From an uncultured bacterium (GTDB taxonomy: Bacteria > Patescibacteriota > Minisyncoccia > Phycocordibacterales > Phycocordibacteraceae): a stretch of DNA of 59,812 nt. This document shows positions 1 through 9,457 of the stretch, piece after piece. The notes below the pieces were generated by a model, which saw only the letters and a program-made list of their open reading frames with translations, was not told where the DNA came from and made no database searches. Both the position numbers and the translations under genes were made by a program. The stretch's first letter is position 1. The number at the start of each line of letters is the position of its first letter. Where the stretch lies: NCBI GenBank assembly GCA_963851445.1, contig CAWKPH010000001.1:1-59812 (forward strand), read 5' to 3'.

Positions 1-189
1 TAGTACGAGAATCACATTTTCTCCCTCAACATCACTCTCCGATACAAAGGCCTTCGTACTTTTACGTAGTACGAAATCACCAAAGTTTTCTTTTTTTGCA
101 ATCAGCTCTGCTGCCATGCGACCGGCATTGTGTCGCGTCCTTGCATATTCTGTTCCTGGATTCCCGAGTCCTATGATGACGTAAGCCAT
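1..189 (-). CDS. pth: peptidyl-tRNA hydrolase, N-terminal part (gene runs off the left edge of the window)
   Basis: I translated the minus strand from the ATG at 189: MAYVIIGLGNPGTEYARTRHNAGRMAAELIAKKENFGDF... The GLGNPG-x2-Y-x2-TRHN-x-G pattern is the conserved Pth N-terminus. The gene is truncated by the window edge and so is absent from the ORF track. It overlaps the 3' end of the upstream hydrolase gene by 19 nt. Confidence 0.85.
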   Translation of the reverse strand, partial: MAYVIIGLGNPGTEYARTRHNAGRMAAELIAKKENFGDFVLRKSTKAFVSESDVEGENVILVL

Positions 190-938
190 GTTGTTATTGT
201 ATCAGCTACTTTTTGCTCATGCTTCCAGAACAAGTGTCCAGCTTCTTTGACGATGACTTGTTTTACTTTATGGAGAGAATGAATGATTCGAGATTGTTGC
301 TTTGGCGTTCCCACAACGTCATCACGCTGGGCTGAGATGACGAGGGTAGGAATTTTTACGCTCCGCCCATCTCTAGACACATCGTACGTCATAAAATCCA
401 AGAGCCATCCGCGGCGCAGAAGAAGTTTGGTGTGAGCGGGCCCCGGTCCTGGTGTGAAGTGTTTGTTTGTGACAAGCCACGATAGTCCAAATGGTACTGT
501 CCACGGTAAACCTATTTTCCACGAAAGCAGTGGTGCGATAAGGATAAGCTTTGAGATACTCTCGGAATGTATGCGCGCGTACCGTAGGGCAACAAGACCG
601 CCTTGGCTATGCCCCGCTAGAAGTACCGGCTTTGCGAACCATTTTTGAGTTCGCAGGTATTTGAATACATCCTCAAGATCCTCAACGTAGCTACTCGTTG
701 TGGCGTTAGCAAAATTGGCATCAGGCCCCTTGGCGCCATCTGCAGCGTCAAATGTTACCGCCTGGTATCCCAGAGCGCGTACTGATTCTGCAATTACGGT
801 GAGCAGGTACTGATCCTTCCATCCCCCAAGACCGTGTAGCAGTATGAATGTTCCTTTTGGAGTGTGTGTCGTAGCACGTAGCTTCCCCACGATGCGTTTG
901 CCGTGTCTATTGGTAATAGTAAATTCCTCCTCATTCAT
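171..938 (-). CDS. alpha/beta-fold serine hydrolase
   Basis: 255-aa ORF with an HGLGG oxyanion-type motif, a GHSQGG nucleophile elbow (G-x-S-x-G) and a C-terminal GH. The substrate cannot be inferred. Confidence 0.8.
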   Translation of the reverse strand: MNEEEFTITNRHGKRIVGKLRATTHTPKGTFILLHGLGGWKDQYLLTVIAESVRALGYQAVTFDAADGAKGPDANFANATTSSYVEDLEDVFKYLRTQKWFAKPVLLAGHSQGGLVALRYARIHSESISKLILIAPLLSWKIGLPWTVPFGLSWLVTNKHFTPGPGPAHTKLLLRRGWLLDFMTYDVSRDGRSVKIPTLVISAQRDDVVGTPKQQSRIIHSLHKVKQVIVKEAGHLFWKHEQKVADTITTWLTSS

Positions 939-1015
939 TATCTACAGTATGTACGAAAGGGTATTTGCATGCCAGAAAATTTGACGTCCTCAAAACTAGG
1001 AATACAATACGTCCA

Positions 1016-1567
1016 ATGAAGTTCTTCGAGTACTTGTTCAAGGAGATCCTCATCTTCGTAGTACTCGCCATCGTTATCGTTCTCCCTATACGACTCTTCA
1101 TTGCGCAACCATTTGTCGTTGACGGCGAGTCCATGCATCCAACGTTTGAAAACGGTGATTATCTCATCGTTAACGAACTTATCTATCACTTTGAGACGCC
1201 ACAACGTGGCGATGTAATCGTATTTCGTTACCCTGGCGATCCAAAGATCTTTTATATAAAACGTATCATTGGTCTTCCTGGAGAAACTGTACACATAAAT
1301 TCGGGGGTCGTAACAATTACGAAGACTGACGGCACTACTATTACGCTCAACGAGCCATACGCAGTGGTCCAGGACGCAACCTACACACAAAATACAACGC
1401 TCGGCTCGGATCAGTACTTTGTAATGGGCGACAACCGTCCTGAAAGTTCCGATTCGCGCGTCTGGGGACCGCTACCGCGAGAAAATATCATTGGCCGCGT
1501 TGACGTGCGGCTCCTACCGCTCTCAGTGATCGGTTTGTTCCCAGGTAAAGCCACTCTTCCTCAATGA
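1016..1567 (+). CDS. lepB: signal peptidase I
   Basis: N-terminal TM segment, then GESMHPT (catalytic Ser), RGDVIVF, KRIIGLPGE (catalytic Lys) and GDNRPESSDSR boxes. I chose the ATG at 1016; the ORF-track TTG at 965 is an alternative start. Confidence 0.85.
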   Translation: MKFFEYLFKEILIFVVLAIVIVLPIRLFIAQPFVVDGESMHPTFENGDYLIVNELIYHFETPQRGDVIVFRYPGDPKIFYIKRIIGLPGETVHINSGVVTITKTDGTTITLNEPYAVVQDATYTQNTTLGSDQYFVMGDNRPESSDSRVWGPLPRENIIGRVDVRLLPLSVIGLFPGKATLPQ

Positions 1568-2709
1568 GCACGACGCTACTTCGGTCCGATGACATCATAA
1601 AGCGGACGAACGCGATAGGTTCCTACTACGGCTTCACGCCGCTTGCGCATGCAGCCGCACAGAAACGAGCCAAGAATAAACTTCCCTATCCTGAGACGCT
1701 TCAACTTGAATCGCTTGATGCAAATGCCAGAGAAGTAGCTGGATTCTTGAAGCATGTACGCGATGTGGGCCTTACGCCGTCAACCATCGAACCCCTTTTC
1801 CTCTGGCATACGAACGCAGCTCCCGGTCGCCCGGCCCCAAAGCAGATACTTATACAATTCCATGTACTTGGCGTTGAACACGCAATCGCCGATGCGGTTC
1901 TTATCCGAACGGTGCGTGCACTCGTTGGCGAGCTCACCAAGGAAGAGGTGAAACTTCGTATCAACAGCATGGGTGACAAAGAGACACGCAGCCGTTTTGC
2001 GCGCGAACTGAGTTCGTTCTTCCGAAAACAGGGATCACTCCTTCCCGAGAATTGCGTAAACTGCGCGAAACGGGGTGATGTATTTGAGGCCGCAGAGATG
2101 GTGGCCGCGTGCGAGGCGCGCGATGAACTTCCTTCGCCTACCGATCACCTTTCGGAGGCAAGCCGCAAACACTTCGAAGGCGTGCTCGAATACCTCGAGG
2201 CAACCGATACGGCGTATGAGCTTGCGCCTGACCTTCTTTCGCGTGGGACCGCTTGGACCGAAACTTGTTTTGAAGTACTAGGAGACATGCGCATAAGTGC
2301 CTGGGGTTCTCGTTACAATGAACTCTCAAAACATTTCTTCAAGGGCTCTATTCCTTCGATGGGTGCAGTTATTCGTATAACCGCTGATACCAAAACCGAG
2401 ATCGCTCCGTTTAAAAGTAATTCTCGCCCCCGTTTTGTATTCGTCCATATTGGCGACGAAGCAAAGCGTGAGAGTATGAAAATGGCCGATAGCCTTCGAC
2501 ACGCGCACATCCCCCTTGCACAAGCGATAGGCATACAGTCTCTTACGCAGCAAATGCTCTTTGCAGAGAAAATTAATCCTCCATACCTCCTCATCATGGG
2601 ACGTAAAGAGGCACTTGAGCATTCCGTTATCCTTCGCGAGCGATCCACTCACACCGAAACGTTTGTGTCGTTTGATAATCTCATTGACCTCCTAAAGCAA
2701 GTTGCCTGA
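1564..2709 (+). CDS. class II aminoacyl-tRNA-synthetase-like protein (HisRS/HisZ-like paralog with a degenerate catalytic motif 2)
   Basis: 381 aa with HisRS-like architecture. Matches include IGSYYGFTPL (compare LGSYGYSEI), GSRYN (compare GGRYD) and a C-terminal anticodon-binding-like block (FVFVHIGDEAK...YLLIMGRKEALEHSVILRE). The region aligning to FRHERPQ-GRYRQFHQ reads HTNAAPGRPAPKQILIQFHV, so the motif-2 arginines appear to be missing. Confidence 0.55.
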   Translation: MSTTLLRSDDIIKRTNAIGSYYGFTPLAHAAAQKRAKNKLPYPETLQLESLDANAREVAGFLKHVRDVGLTPSTIEPLFLWHTNAAPGRPAPKQILIQFHVLGVEHAIADAVLIRTVRALVGELTKEEVKLRINSMGDKETRSRFARELSSFFRKQGSLLPENCVNCAKRGDVFEAAEMVAACEARDELPSPTDHLSEASRKHFEGVLEYLEATDTAYELAPDLLSRGTAWTETCFEVLGDMRISAWGSRYNELSKHFFKGSIPSMGAVIRITADTKTEIAPFKSNSRPRFVFVHIGDEAKRESMKMADSLRHAHIPLAQAIGIQSLTQQMLFAEKINPPYLLIMGRKEALEHSVILRERSTHTETFVSFDNLIDLLKQVA

Positions 2710-2768
2710 CCTGGTCGCTCTTGGTTCCTAGACAGGATAGCTCTGTATGTGTTACAGTTCCTCTCACT

Positions 2769-3029
2769 ATGACCGAAACAACTCGGGTGGAGGTTCGTCG
2801 CGGAAAGAATGAGAGCGCTGCTTCTCTTATTCGACGTTTTTCGAGGCGTGCTCAGGGCCTTGGTCTCGTACGCATGATGCGCAAGAAACGCTACTACATT
2901 CGCGAGAAGTCCAAGAATGTTGACCACAAGCGCGCTCTCATCTCCCTTGGACGCCGTGAAAAATATCAGGAGCTCGTAAAGCTCGGTAAAATTGATCCTG
3001 CCGCTCGAACAGGCCGCAGGAGTCATTAG
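2769..3029 (+). CDS. rpsU: 30S ribosomal protein S21
   Basis: Small basic protein. VEVRRGKNESAASLIRRFSRRAQGLGLVRMMRKKRYY matches the S21 pattern (V-V..ES.E.ALRRFKR....G......RRR.Y). I chose the ATG at 2769; the start is uncertain. Confidence 0.75.
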   Translation: MTETTRVEVRRGKNESAASLIRRFSRRAQGLGLVRMMRKKRYYIREKSKNVDHKRALISLGRREKYQELVKLGKIDPAARTGRRSH

Positions 3030-3065
3030 CCCGTCAGATTGATCTCTTCTCAGGCTCGCCGTCCT

Positions 3066-3524
3066 ATGGCAACCAGTGTAGATATCCGTAACCTTACCCG
3101 GCAAAAAACGCCGGTTTCTCCATATCAAAAAATAACAGCTGCAATCCTTCCTGGTTGGAATATTTCGCTCGTTTTTGTGGGCACCACTAGGGCAAAAGAC
3201 TTGAATCAAAGACTGCGTGCTAAGTCCTATGTCCCGAATGTGTTGTCCTATGAGAGCGGTCCCAAGTCCGGTGAAATAATCATCTGCCTCAAGGTTGCAA
3301 AAGAGGAAGCTTCGTCATACGGGCTGTCATACACGAATTTTGTTGCCTTTCTCTTTATCCACGGATTGCTGCATTTGAAAGGACTGCCCCACGGCACTAC
3401 AATGGAACGATATGAACGTGACCACCTTTCACGCATTGTTGGCGTTACCATGCGCTATGATGAGGAGATAGATCATGGCACGAAGAATCGCAACAGGCAT
3501 CGACATCGGAACGTACCAGACTAA
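3066..3524 (+). CDS. ybeY: rRNA maturation endoribonuclease YbeY
   Basis: Zinc-binding motif HGLLHLKGLPHG (H-x3-H-x5-H) near the C-terminus. Size is typical at about 150 aa. The rpsU-ybeY neighbourhood also fits. Confidence 0.85.
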   Translation: MATSVDIRNLTRQKTPVSPYQKITAAILPGWNISLVFVGTTRAKDLNQRLRAKSYVPNVLSYESGPKSGEIIICLKVAKEEASSYGLSYTNFVAFLFIHGLLHLKGLPHGTTMERYERDHLSRIVGVTMRYDEEIDHGTKNRNRHRHRNVPD

Positions 3525-4650
3525 GGTAGTGGTACTAGAAGAGATTCAGGGCCAAAATGGCCCTGAATTACATATCATTGGCACCGGTCTTGCAGAGACC
3601 CAAGGCATGCGGCATGGGTACGTCATCGATGCCGCTGATGCGGCCGCATCTGTGCGCGCAGCGAAACTTCAGGCGGAAAGTGTTACACACCTTCCGGTCA
3701 AAAAAGCATTTCTTGCCGTCGGAGGAATTTCTCTCGATGAGATCCGTGGTATGGGTGATTGTATTATCTCGAGGGCTGACCAGGAAGTCACCGATCTTGA
3801 TATTGAGAAGGCACGGGAGGCAGCACGTGAGGCCGTGCGGCCTAACTTCATTAATCGCACACTCCTTCATGAGATCCCGCTAGAGTACCGTGTTGACGGG
3901 CACAAGACGCTTGGCGAACCGATTGGACTCAAGGGTACGCGTCTTGAGATTGACTACCTTTTCATAACCTGTCTCTCGCAGCACGTCGAGGGACTCATTT
4001 CCGTTATCGAAGCTGCGGATATTGAGGTGGTTGATCAGATGGCTTCTCCGCTTGCCGGTTCCTACGTCACCCTCACGAAGGATCAGAAAATGAAAGGGTG
4101 CGTCCTTGCGAACATTGGCGCAGAGACGATTTCGATTGTGATCTATGATGAAGGTGTTCCTATATCGCTCAAGGTGTTTCCTATGGGTTCGACAAATATC
4201 ACTGATGATCTTGCGCTTGGTTTCCGTATCTCGCTCGAGGATGCTGAACGAATAAAGCTCGGTAGACTTGGGGGTGCGATGTATCCACGCAAGAAAGTCG
4301 ATGAAATTATTGCTATTCGCTTCCGTGCACTCTTCGATTTGATCGACAAACATCTGCGCGCGATGGGAAGACGCGCTACACTTCCTGCAGGCATCGTACT
4401 CTCAGGCGGTGGCGCTGGACAAGGAACGATTAGCGATATCGCACGAGGTTCACTTAACCTTCCTGCACGCATTGCCGACCTCAAGCTCACTGCTGACACA
4501 AAAGTGCGTGACTCAACCTGGGCGGTTGCTTATGGCCTTGCGCTTTGGGGAATGACTGGAGATACCGAAACTTCGAAAAAGCGTATCAAGATCTCAGTTG
4601 GAGATTTCGGTGATACATTTTCGAATTTCTTCAAGCAATTCATGCCCTGA
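3475..4650 (+). CDS. ftsA: cell division protein FtsA
   Basis: Actin/Hsp70-fold N-terminus GIDIGTYQTKVVVLE, plus internal ANIGAETISI and GIVLSGGGAG phosphate-binding motifs. It lies immediately upstream of ftsZ. Confidence 0.9.
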   Translation: MARRIATGIDIGTYQTKVVVLEEIQGQNGPELHIIGTGLAETQGMRHGYVIDAADAAASVRAAKLQAESVTHLPVKKAFLAVGGISLDEIRGMGDCIISRADQEVTDLDIEKAREAAREAVRPNFINRTLLHEIPLEYRVDGHKTLGEPIGLKGTRLEIDYLFITCLSQHVEGLISVIEAADIEVVDQMASPLAGSYVTLTKDQKMKGCVLANIGAETISIVIYDEGVPISLKVFPMGSTNITDDLALGFRISLEDAERIKLGRLGGAMYPRKKVDEIIAIRFRALFDLIDKHLRAMGRRATLPAGIVLSGGGAGQGTISDIARGSLNLPARIADLKLTADTKVRDSTWAVAYGLALWGMTGDTETSKKRIKISVGDFGDTFSNFFKQFMP

Positions 4651-4777
4651 AAGGGCAATTATTTTCAGCACATGGTGCATTTCTGTCAAGATTTGCATGC
4701 TTGACGATTCTGATATGATGAGTGGGATATACAGGGGTGTATCTCAATAACAATTTTAGCATTATTTTTAGCCGTAT

Positions 4778-6040
4778 ATGCCTAAGCAAGTAACACCGGA
4801 TATCGAGACGTTCGCCCGCATTCGCGTCGTAGGCTGCGGTGGTTCTGGTTGCAATGCGGTCAATCACATGGTCGCTTCTAAGGTTAAGGGCGTTGAGTTT
4901 GTTTCCATCAACACCGACGCACAGGATCTCCACCGTTCGCTTGCCAAGAAGAAGATTCACATTGGAAAGAACCTTACCAAAGGCCTTGGCGCAGGCATGA
5001 ACCCTGAACTAGGTCGTCGCGCTGCAGAGGAGACCCGTCAGGAGATTCAGGAGGCACTTCAGGGCTCTGACATGGTCTTCATCACCTGTGGTATGGGCGG
5101 CGGAACGGGTACCGGCGCTGCGCCCGTTGTTGCGAAGATTGCTAAGGAGCTTGGCGCACTTACCGTTGCTGTCGTTACCAAGCCATTTGCATTCGAAGGC
5201 ATACAGCGTACAGAGATTGCCGAGCACGGACTTGCCGAACTTAAAAAGGAGGTGGATGCGTATCTAATCATCCCGAACGATAAACTCCTTTCAATTGTTG
5301 AAGCACAAACGAGCGCAAAGAGTGCGTTCGCGCTTGCTGACGAAATTCTTCGGCAGGCAGTCGAGGGTGTTTCCGATATCATCACCACGCCAGGAGAAAT
5401 TAATACTGACTTCAACGATATTAAGACCATCATGGAGGGCGCTGGTCCTGCACTTATGGGCATTGGTGTCGCCGATGGCGATAATCGCGCGAAGGATGCG
5501 GCTGCCATGGCTGTTAACTCCCCACTCCTTGATGTCTCCATTAATGGAGCCAAAGGCATTCTCTTCGTTGTTGCAGGGTCTGATGATCTTGGTATTCTCG
5601 AAGTTCAGGACGCTGCGAAAGTTATAAACGAATCAGTCTCCAAAGACGCGAAGGTTATTTTCGGTATCATGCGCGATGAGAAGCTCAAGAAAGGTCAACT
5701 TCGTATTATCGTAATTGCAACAGGTTTCCCGGAAGACCCGAGCAGCATCTCCCCTACGGGCGCTGAACGCTCCTTGTTTGCAATGCAGCCAAAAGAGCAA
5801 CAGGAAGTGCGTGGAAAAATATACAATGATTCCCGCCGAGAAGAGCCGGCTCCAGAAGTAGCTCCTACGATCGAGGAAGAAGTCGTAAAGCCTCGCCGCG
5901 TCGAGCGCGACGAGCCAGTCGTTACGGCGCAGCCACAACGACGTATTGATAATGAGGTCATCAAACCACCCGCTGTGGACGAAGAGGATGAGACGTGGGG
6001 CGCAATCCCAAGCTTCCTGCGTCGACATAAGAAGCAGTGA
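4778..6040 (+). CDS. ftsZ: cell division GTPase FtsZ
   Basis: VVGCGGSGCNAVNHM and the tubulin signature GMGGGTGTGAAPVVAKIAKE, followed by a long disordered linker and a C-terminal IPSFLRR peptide. Confidence 0.97.
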   Translation: MPKQVTPDIETFARIRVVGCGGSGCNAVNHMVASKVKGVEFVSINTDAQDLHRSLAKKKIHIGKNLTKGLGAGMNPELGRRAAEETRQEIQEALQGSDMVFITCGMGGGTGTGAAPVVAKIAKELGALTVAVVTKPFAFEGIQRTEIAEHGLAELKKEVDAYLIIPNDKLLSIVEAQTSAKSAFALADEILRQAVEGVSDIITTPGEINTDFNDIKTIMEGAGPALMGIGVADGDNRAKDAAAMAVNSPLLDVSINGAKGILFVVAGSDDLGILEVQDAAKVINESVSKDAKVIFGIMRDEKLKKGQLRIIVIATGFPEDPSSISPTGAERSLFAMQPKEQQEVRGKIYNDSRREEPAPEVAPTIEEEVVKPRRVERDEPVVTAQPQRRIDNEVIKPPAVDEEDETWGAIPSFLRRHKKQ

Positions 6041-6047
6041 CCCACAA

Positions 6048-6080
6048 GTAATCCCCGCTTCATGCGGGGATTACGTTTTG
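6048..6080 (+). terminator. rho-independent terminator after ftsZ
   Basis: GTAATCCCCGC-TTCAT-GCGGGGATTAC followed by GTTTTG, starting 8 nt after the ftsZ stop. Confidence 0.75.
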
Positions 6081-6095
6081 CTATACTGAGAGTAC

Positions 6096-7043
6096 ATGCA
6101 TGACCTCATAATTATTGGCGGCGGCCCTGGGGGTATTGCTGCTGCTGTTTATGCTGCGCGTAAGCAGCTTAAGACTGTGCTTATAGCCGAAGAAATTGGC
6201 GGTCAAAGCGTTGTTTCTGACGGAATAGAAAATTGGATAGGGACAATAAAAATTAGCGGCAATGATTTGAAACTTGCATTCAAGAGTCATTTGGATACGT
6301 ATAAGGCCGATATCATTCAAGTACATGAGGGTGATCGCGTCGAAAAACTTGAGGAACTTGAGGATGGAGGATTTCGAGTCACGACAAAAAGCGGCATGGC
6401 CCATACTGCTCATGCGGTACTCATTGCCTCAGGAGCGGCCCGTCGTAAGCTCGAAATACCGGGTGCTGATGTATTCGAAAATAAAGGTCTTACCTACTGC
6501 GCTTCGTGTGATGGTCCTTTGTTCGCGGGAATGGACGTAGCTGTGATTGGAGGTGGAAATGCGGGATTTGAGACGGCAACACAACTGCTTGCGTACGCGA
6601 AGTCGGTCACTCTCGTACATCGGAGCATGGAATTCAAAGCCGATCCCATAACCGTTGAGGCAGTGCGAAAACATATGAATATGAAAATCCTTACGAATAC
6701 AGAGCCTGTTGAAGTAAAAGGAGATTCCTTCGTCACTGGTCTTATGGTCAAAGACCGTGTATCAGGCGAAGTGTCAGAACTACCCGTTGCGGGAGTATTC
6801 GTTGAAATTGGTGTTATCCCAAATTCTGATTTTGCAAAGGATATCCTTTCTCTCGATAGTTTTAATCGCATCATTACCGATCCAAAGAATCAGCATACAA
6901 GTGTCGAGGGTATCTGGGCTGCGGGTGACTGTACGGACGAACTCTATCATCAGAACAACATTGCTGCGGGTGACGCCGTAAAGGCACTTGAGGATTTATA
7001 TGTGTGGCTCAAAACACGAAGTAAGGCAGTGACTACGAATTGA
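6096..7043 (+). CDS. trxB: thioredoxin-disulfide reductase
   Basis: FAD motif IIGGGPGG, redox-active CASCDG and NADPH motif GGGNAG. Length is about 315 aa. Confidence 0.9.
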   Translation: MHDLIIIGGGPGGIAAAVYAARKQLKTVLIAEEIGGQSVVSDGIENWIGTIKISGNDLKLAFKSHLDTYKADIIQVHEGDRVEKLEELEDGGFRVTTKSGMAHTAHAVLIASGAARRKLEIPGADVFENKGLTYCASCDGPLFAGMDVAVIGGGNAGFETATQLLAYAKSVTLVHRSMEFKADPITVEAVRKHMNMKILTNTEPVEVKGDSFVTGLMVKDRVSGEVSELPVAGVFVEIGVIPNSDFAKDILSLDSFNRIITDPKNQHTSVEGIWAAGDCTDELYHQNNIAAGDAVKALEDLYVWLKTRSKAVTTN

Positions 7044-7063
7044 GCAGTCAAGCGTGGCATAGA

Positions 7064-7089
7064 AAAAGCGCGACCAAGGATCGCGCTTT
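7064..7089. terminator. hairpin between convergent trxB and prs, likely a bidirectional terminator (better on the minus strand)
   Basis: AAAAGCGCGA-CCAAGGA-TCGCGCTTT. On the minus strand the stem is followed by TTTTTCT. Confidence 0.6.
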
Positions 7090-7112
7090 GAGCAAGTATC
7101 GTGCCCTTTTGT

Positions 7113-8078
7113 TTATCTAATGAGCTCGGAGATAGATTCTCCATCGTGCGTACGGCGGATCGCGCGCGCTAGCAGCTCTGATACCGAGAGCACCTTCACT
7201 TTTCTGTATTTACGCAGCAACGCCGGATCGTGATAGATGGAATCGGTCACGTACACGCGTTCGATTGGACTTGCCGCAATCGCGGCAAGAGCATTTTTTG
7301 AGAAAATACCATGCGTCGCGAATACATAAATATTTCGAGCACCTCTCTTTTTTGCAGCCAGAGCGTCCGCAACAATCGTACCGCCGGTATCGATAATGTC
7401 GTCGACGAAAATCACGTCTTTGTCCTCGACATCGCCGATAATTCTTATCGTCTTTCTGTCGATTTCTCCAGGCTTTACGCGTTTCTTCAGAAAGACCACG
7501 CATTCGTCTTGACCCATGAGGTCGGCGTATTTTTCAGCCCTCGGCGTTCCTCCTTTATCAGGAGAGGCTATGACGAAGTCGCGACCCCGAATCACTCGCT
7601 TGAGCTCATCGATGGCGACCGCCGATCCGAAGAGATGATCTGGAACCGCCCTCTCGAACGAGTCGATTGACTGCTCGGCATGTATGTCGAGAAAGATGAA
7701 GCGGTTGGGGCGTGCGGCCTCGAGCATGCGCAGCGCAAGAGGGGCACCGATAGGCTTTCGAGGTGAATCTTTCCGATCAGATCGCGCATATCCCATGTAG
7801 GGAATAACGTAGGTGACGCGAGCTGCCGAGGAAAGTCTGGCCGCTTGAAGCAGCCAGATTGCCTCGATGAGATTCTCGGCCGGAGCGTGGGTCGGTGCAA
7901 CGATATACAGGTCGTTGTCCCGCACGTTTTCCAGAAGCTGGACGTCCACTTCGTTGTCGTTGAAGCGTTCGACGCGAGCGGCACCAATCTGAATATCAAG
8001 ATGCCCGCAAATCCTCTGAGCCAGGACCATGCCCGCATTATTGGCAAAGACTTGAAGTTTGCCGTACGAATTCGTCAT
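7113..8078 (-). CDS. prs: ribose-phosphate pyrophosphokinase
   Basis: PRPP-binding loop VIFVDDIIDTGGT and the DIHAEQ motif. Length is about 320 aa. A GGGAGG Shine-Dalgarno sequence lies just upstream of the ATG. Confidence 0.93.
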   Translation of the reverse strand: MTNSYGKLQVFANNAGMVLAQRICGHLDIQIGAARVERFNDNEVDVQLLENVRDNDLYIVAPTHAPAENLIEAIWLLQAARLSSAARVTYVIPYMGYARSDRKDSPRKPIGAPLALRMLEAARPNRFIFLDIHAEQSIDSFERAVPDHLFGSAVAIDELKRVIRGRDFVIASPDKGGTPRAEKYADLMGQDECVVFLKKRVKPGEIDRKTIRIIGDVEDKDVIFVDDIIDTGGTIVADALAAKKRGARNIYVFATHGIFSKNALAAIAASPIERVYVTDSIYHDPALLRKYRKVKVLSVSELLARAIRRTHDGESISELIR

Positions 8079-8176
8079 TAAGTAACCTCCCAGATGTACT
8101 ACCGAGTTAAGACTCTGTAGGTAAAGTACTCCTAGAAAGCCCTCTGGTCAAAGCGCCTTACGCTCTCGCCCTAGGT

Positions 8177-9406
8177 TTAGGGCGTCACCATATCCCATAT
8201 CTTTGCAGCAACGTTATGGGGCTCACCTTCGAATGGTAGGTGGTGGTTGTCGAAAAATGGCATCGAGTTACATTCGAGAATGCCACACCTATCCTGTTCC
8301 TTCCACGACTTGCTGATGTCGGCGATGATGAAATCAATACCAGCCACCGGTGCGCGAAGTTCGCGCGCGGCGCGCTCAAAAAGTTCGATATTGTCGGGAT
8401 GTACCTTGCCGGTAACATCTGCAGTAGTACCGCCAAGACTCCAATTCACTTTCTGATGAAAATGGACTCGTGTACCTAGCGGAGGCACGTCGCTAGGAGC
8501 ATATCCCTGCCAGGCCAATTCCTTAGCGGCAGCGCTATTCATAACGTCATTTGACCTGGATTCATATAGTCTAATATTCGAGAAGTAGGGCCCACTTCTC
8601 GCGGGTTTCTTGTTTTCTTCTTCGACAAGCTCATCTATCGTGTGTACGCCATCGCCCACGACCGATGGAGGGTCGCGGCGAAGCGCAGCAACAAAAGTGC
8701 CGTCCACGACCGTCGCGCGGTACACAGGCCCCTTAAGCTCCTCCTCAATGACTACCTGCGGTGAGACCTGTTTTGCTACAGCAAATGCTCGTACAAGTTC
8801 GGATTCGTGGGTAATATGAAGAATTGTGTGTCGTGATCCGGACCCCGAATGCGGCTTTAGGATGACGGGCGCCGAAAGGCTTCGGTATATGGCAAGGGCC
8901 TCCTTCTCGGTACGTGCTGAGGAACCAGCGGCGACCGGTAATTCTCGCTTGCTGAATTCCCTCTTCAAACGGGCTTTGTCATCCATCCACCAAACTCGCT
9001 CATGTTCGAGTGGCGTGACGGGAATTCCTTCGAAGGTGATTCGTTTTCCGTTTGGATAGGTAGCGACAAATATATTCCGCGCAAGTCCAAATAAGCGCCA
9101 TTCCCACATATTAATTCCGCGTGCGCGAGCCTCCTCCCACAGACAACATGCAAGAAGCAGTGTCTTGTCGTCTGGATTCTCCTGTTTCTTTGCAAGCCCA
9201 AGTGCAACGAATAGACTTAAAAAAGGCGGTCCAAGATATGAATCGAATTTCGTCCCAAGATTCGTGATGAAAGAGCCTTTATTCGAAGGCGGAAAGATAG
9301 AATAGATTGCCGTATCTATCGCAATTGTGACGTAGGTGACTCGGTGCATGATTGCATCTCCACCACAATCTATACATGCTTTGGGACTCATAATTCCTGC
9401 TGACAT
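8177..9406 (-). CDS. stand-alone ATP-grasp protein resembling the N-terminal/ATP-grasp half of cyanophycin synthetase
   Basis: VILKPHSGSGSRHT..., VVIEEELKGPVYRATVVDGTFVAALRRDPPSVVGDGVHTIDELVEEENKKP and GILECNSMP resemble the CphA-type pattern (KP..G..G.G; G.dyR.lVv.g..vAa..R.Pa.VvGDG.hTi.eLi...N). At 409 aa it has no Mur-ligase-like C-terminal half. Confidence 0.6.
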   Translation of the reverse strand: MSAGIMSPKACIDCGGDAIMHRVTYVTIAIDTAIYSIFPPSNKGSFITNLGTKFDSYLGPPFLSLFVALGLAKKQENPDDKTLLLACCLWEEARARGINMWEWRLFGLARNIFVATYPNGKRITFEGIPVTPLEHERVWWMDDKARLKREFSKRELPVAAGSSARTEKEALAIYRSLSAPVILKPHSGSGSRHTILHITHESELVRAFAVAKQVSPQVVIEEELKGPVYRATVVDGTFVAALRRDPPSVVGDGVHTIDELVEEENKKPARSGPYFSNIRLYESRSNDVMNSAAAKELAWQGYAPSDVPPLGTRVHFHQKVNWSLGGTTADVTGKVHPDNIELFERAARELRAPVAGIDFIIADISKSWKEQDRCGILECNSMPFFDNHHLPFEGEPHNVAAKIWDMVTP

Positions 9407-9457
9407 TTATTACAGTATAAGCGACTCCAGACACTTGCAGAAATAATCGAAATTAAC

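Noticed and set aside
5059-5559. Long antisense ORFs inside strong genes, for example 5059..5559 opposite ftsZ, 7592..8047 opposite prs, 46784..47419 opposite groEL and 50919..51638 opposite rnj.
   Set aside because: These are typical shadow ORFs of well-supported genes on the other strand. Their composition is biased and they lack motifs and start signals.
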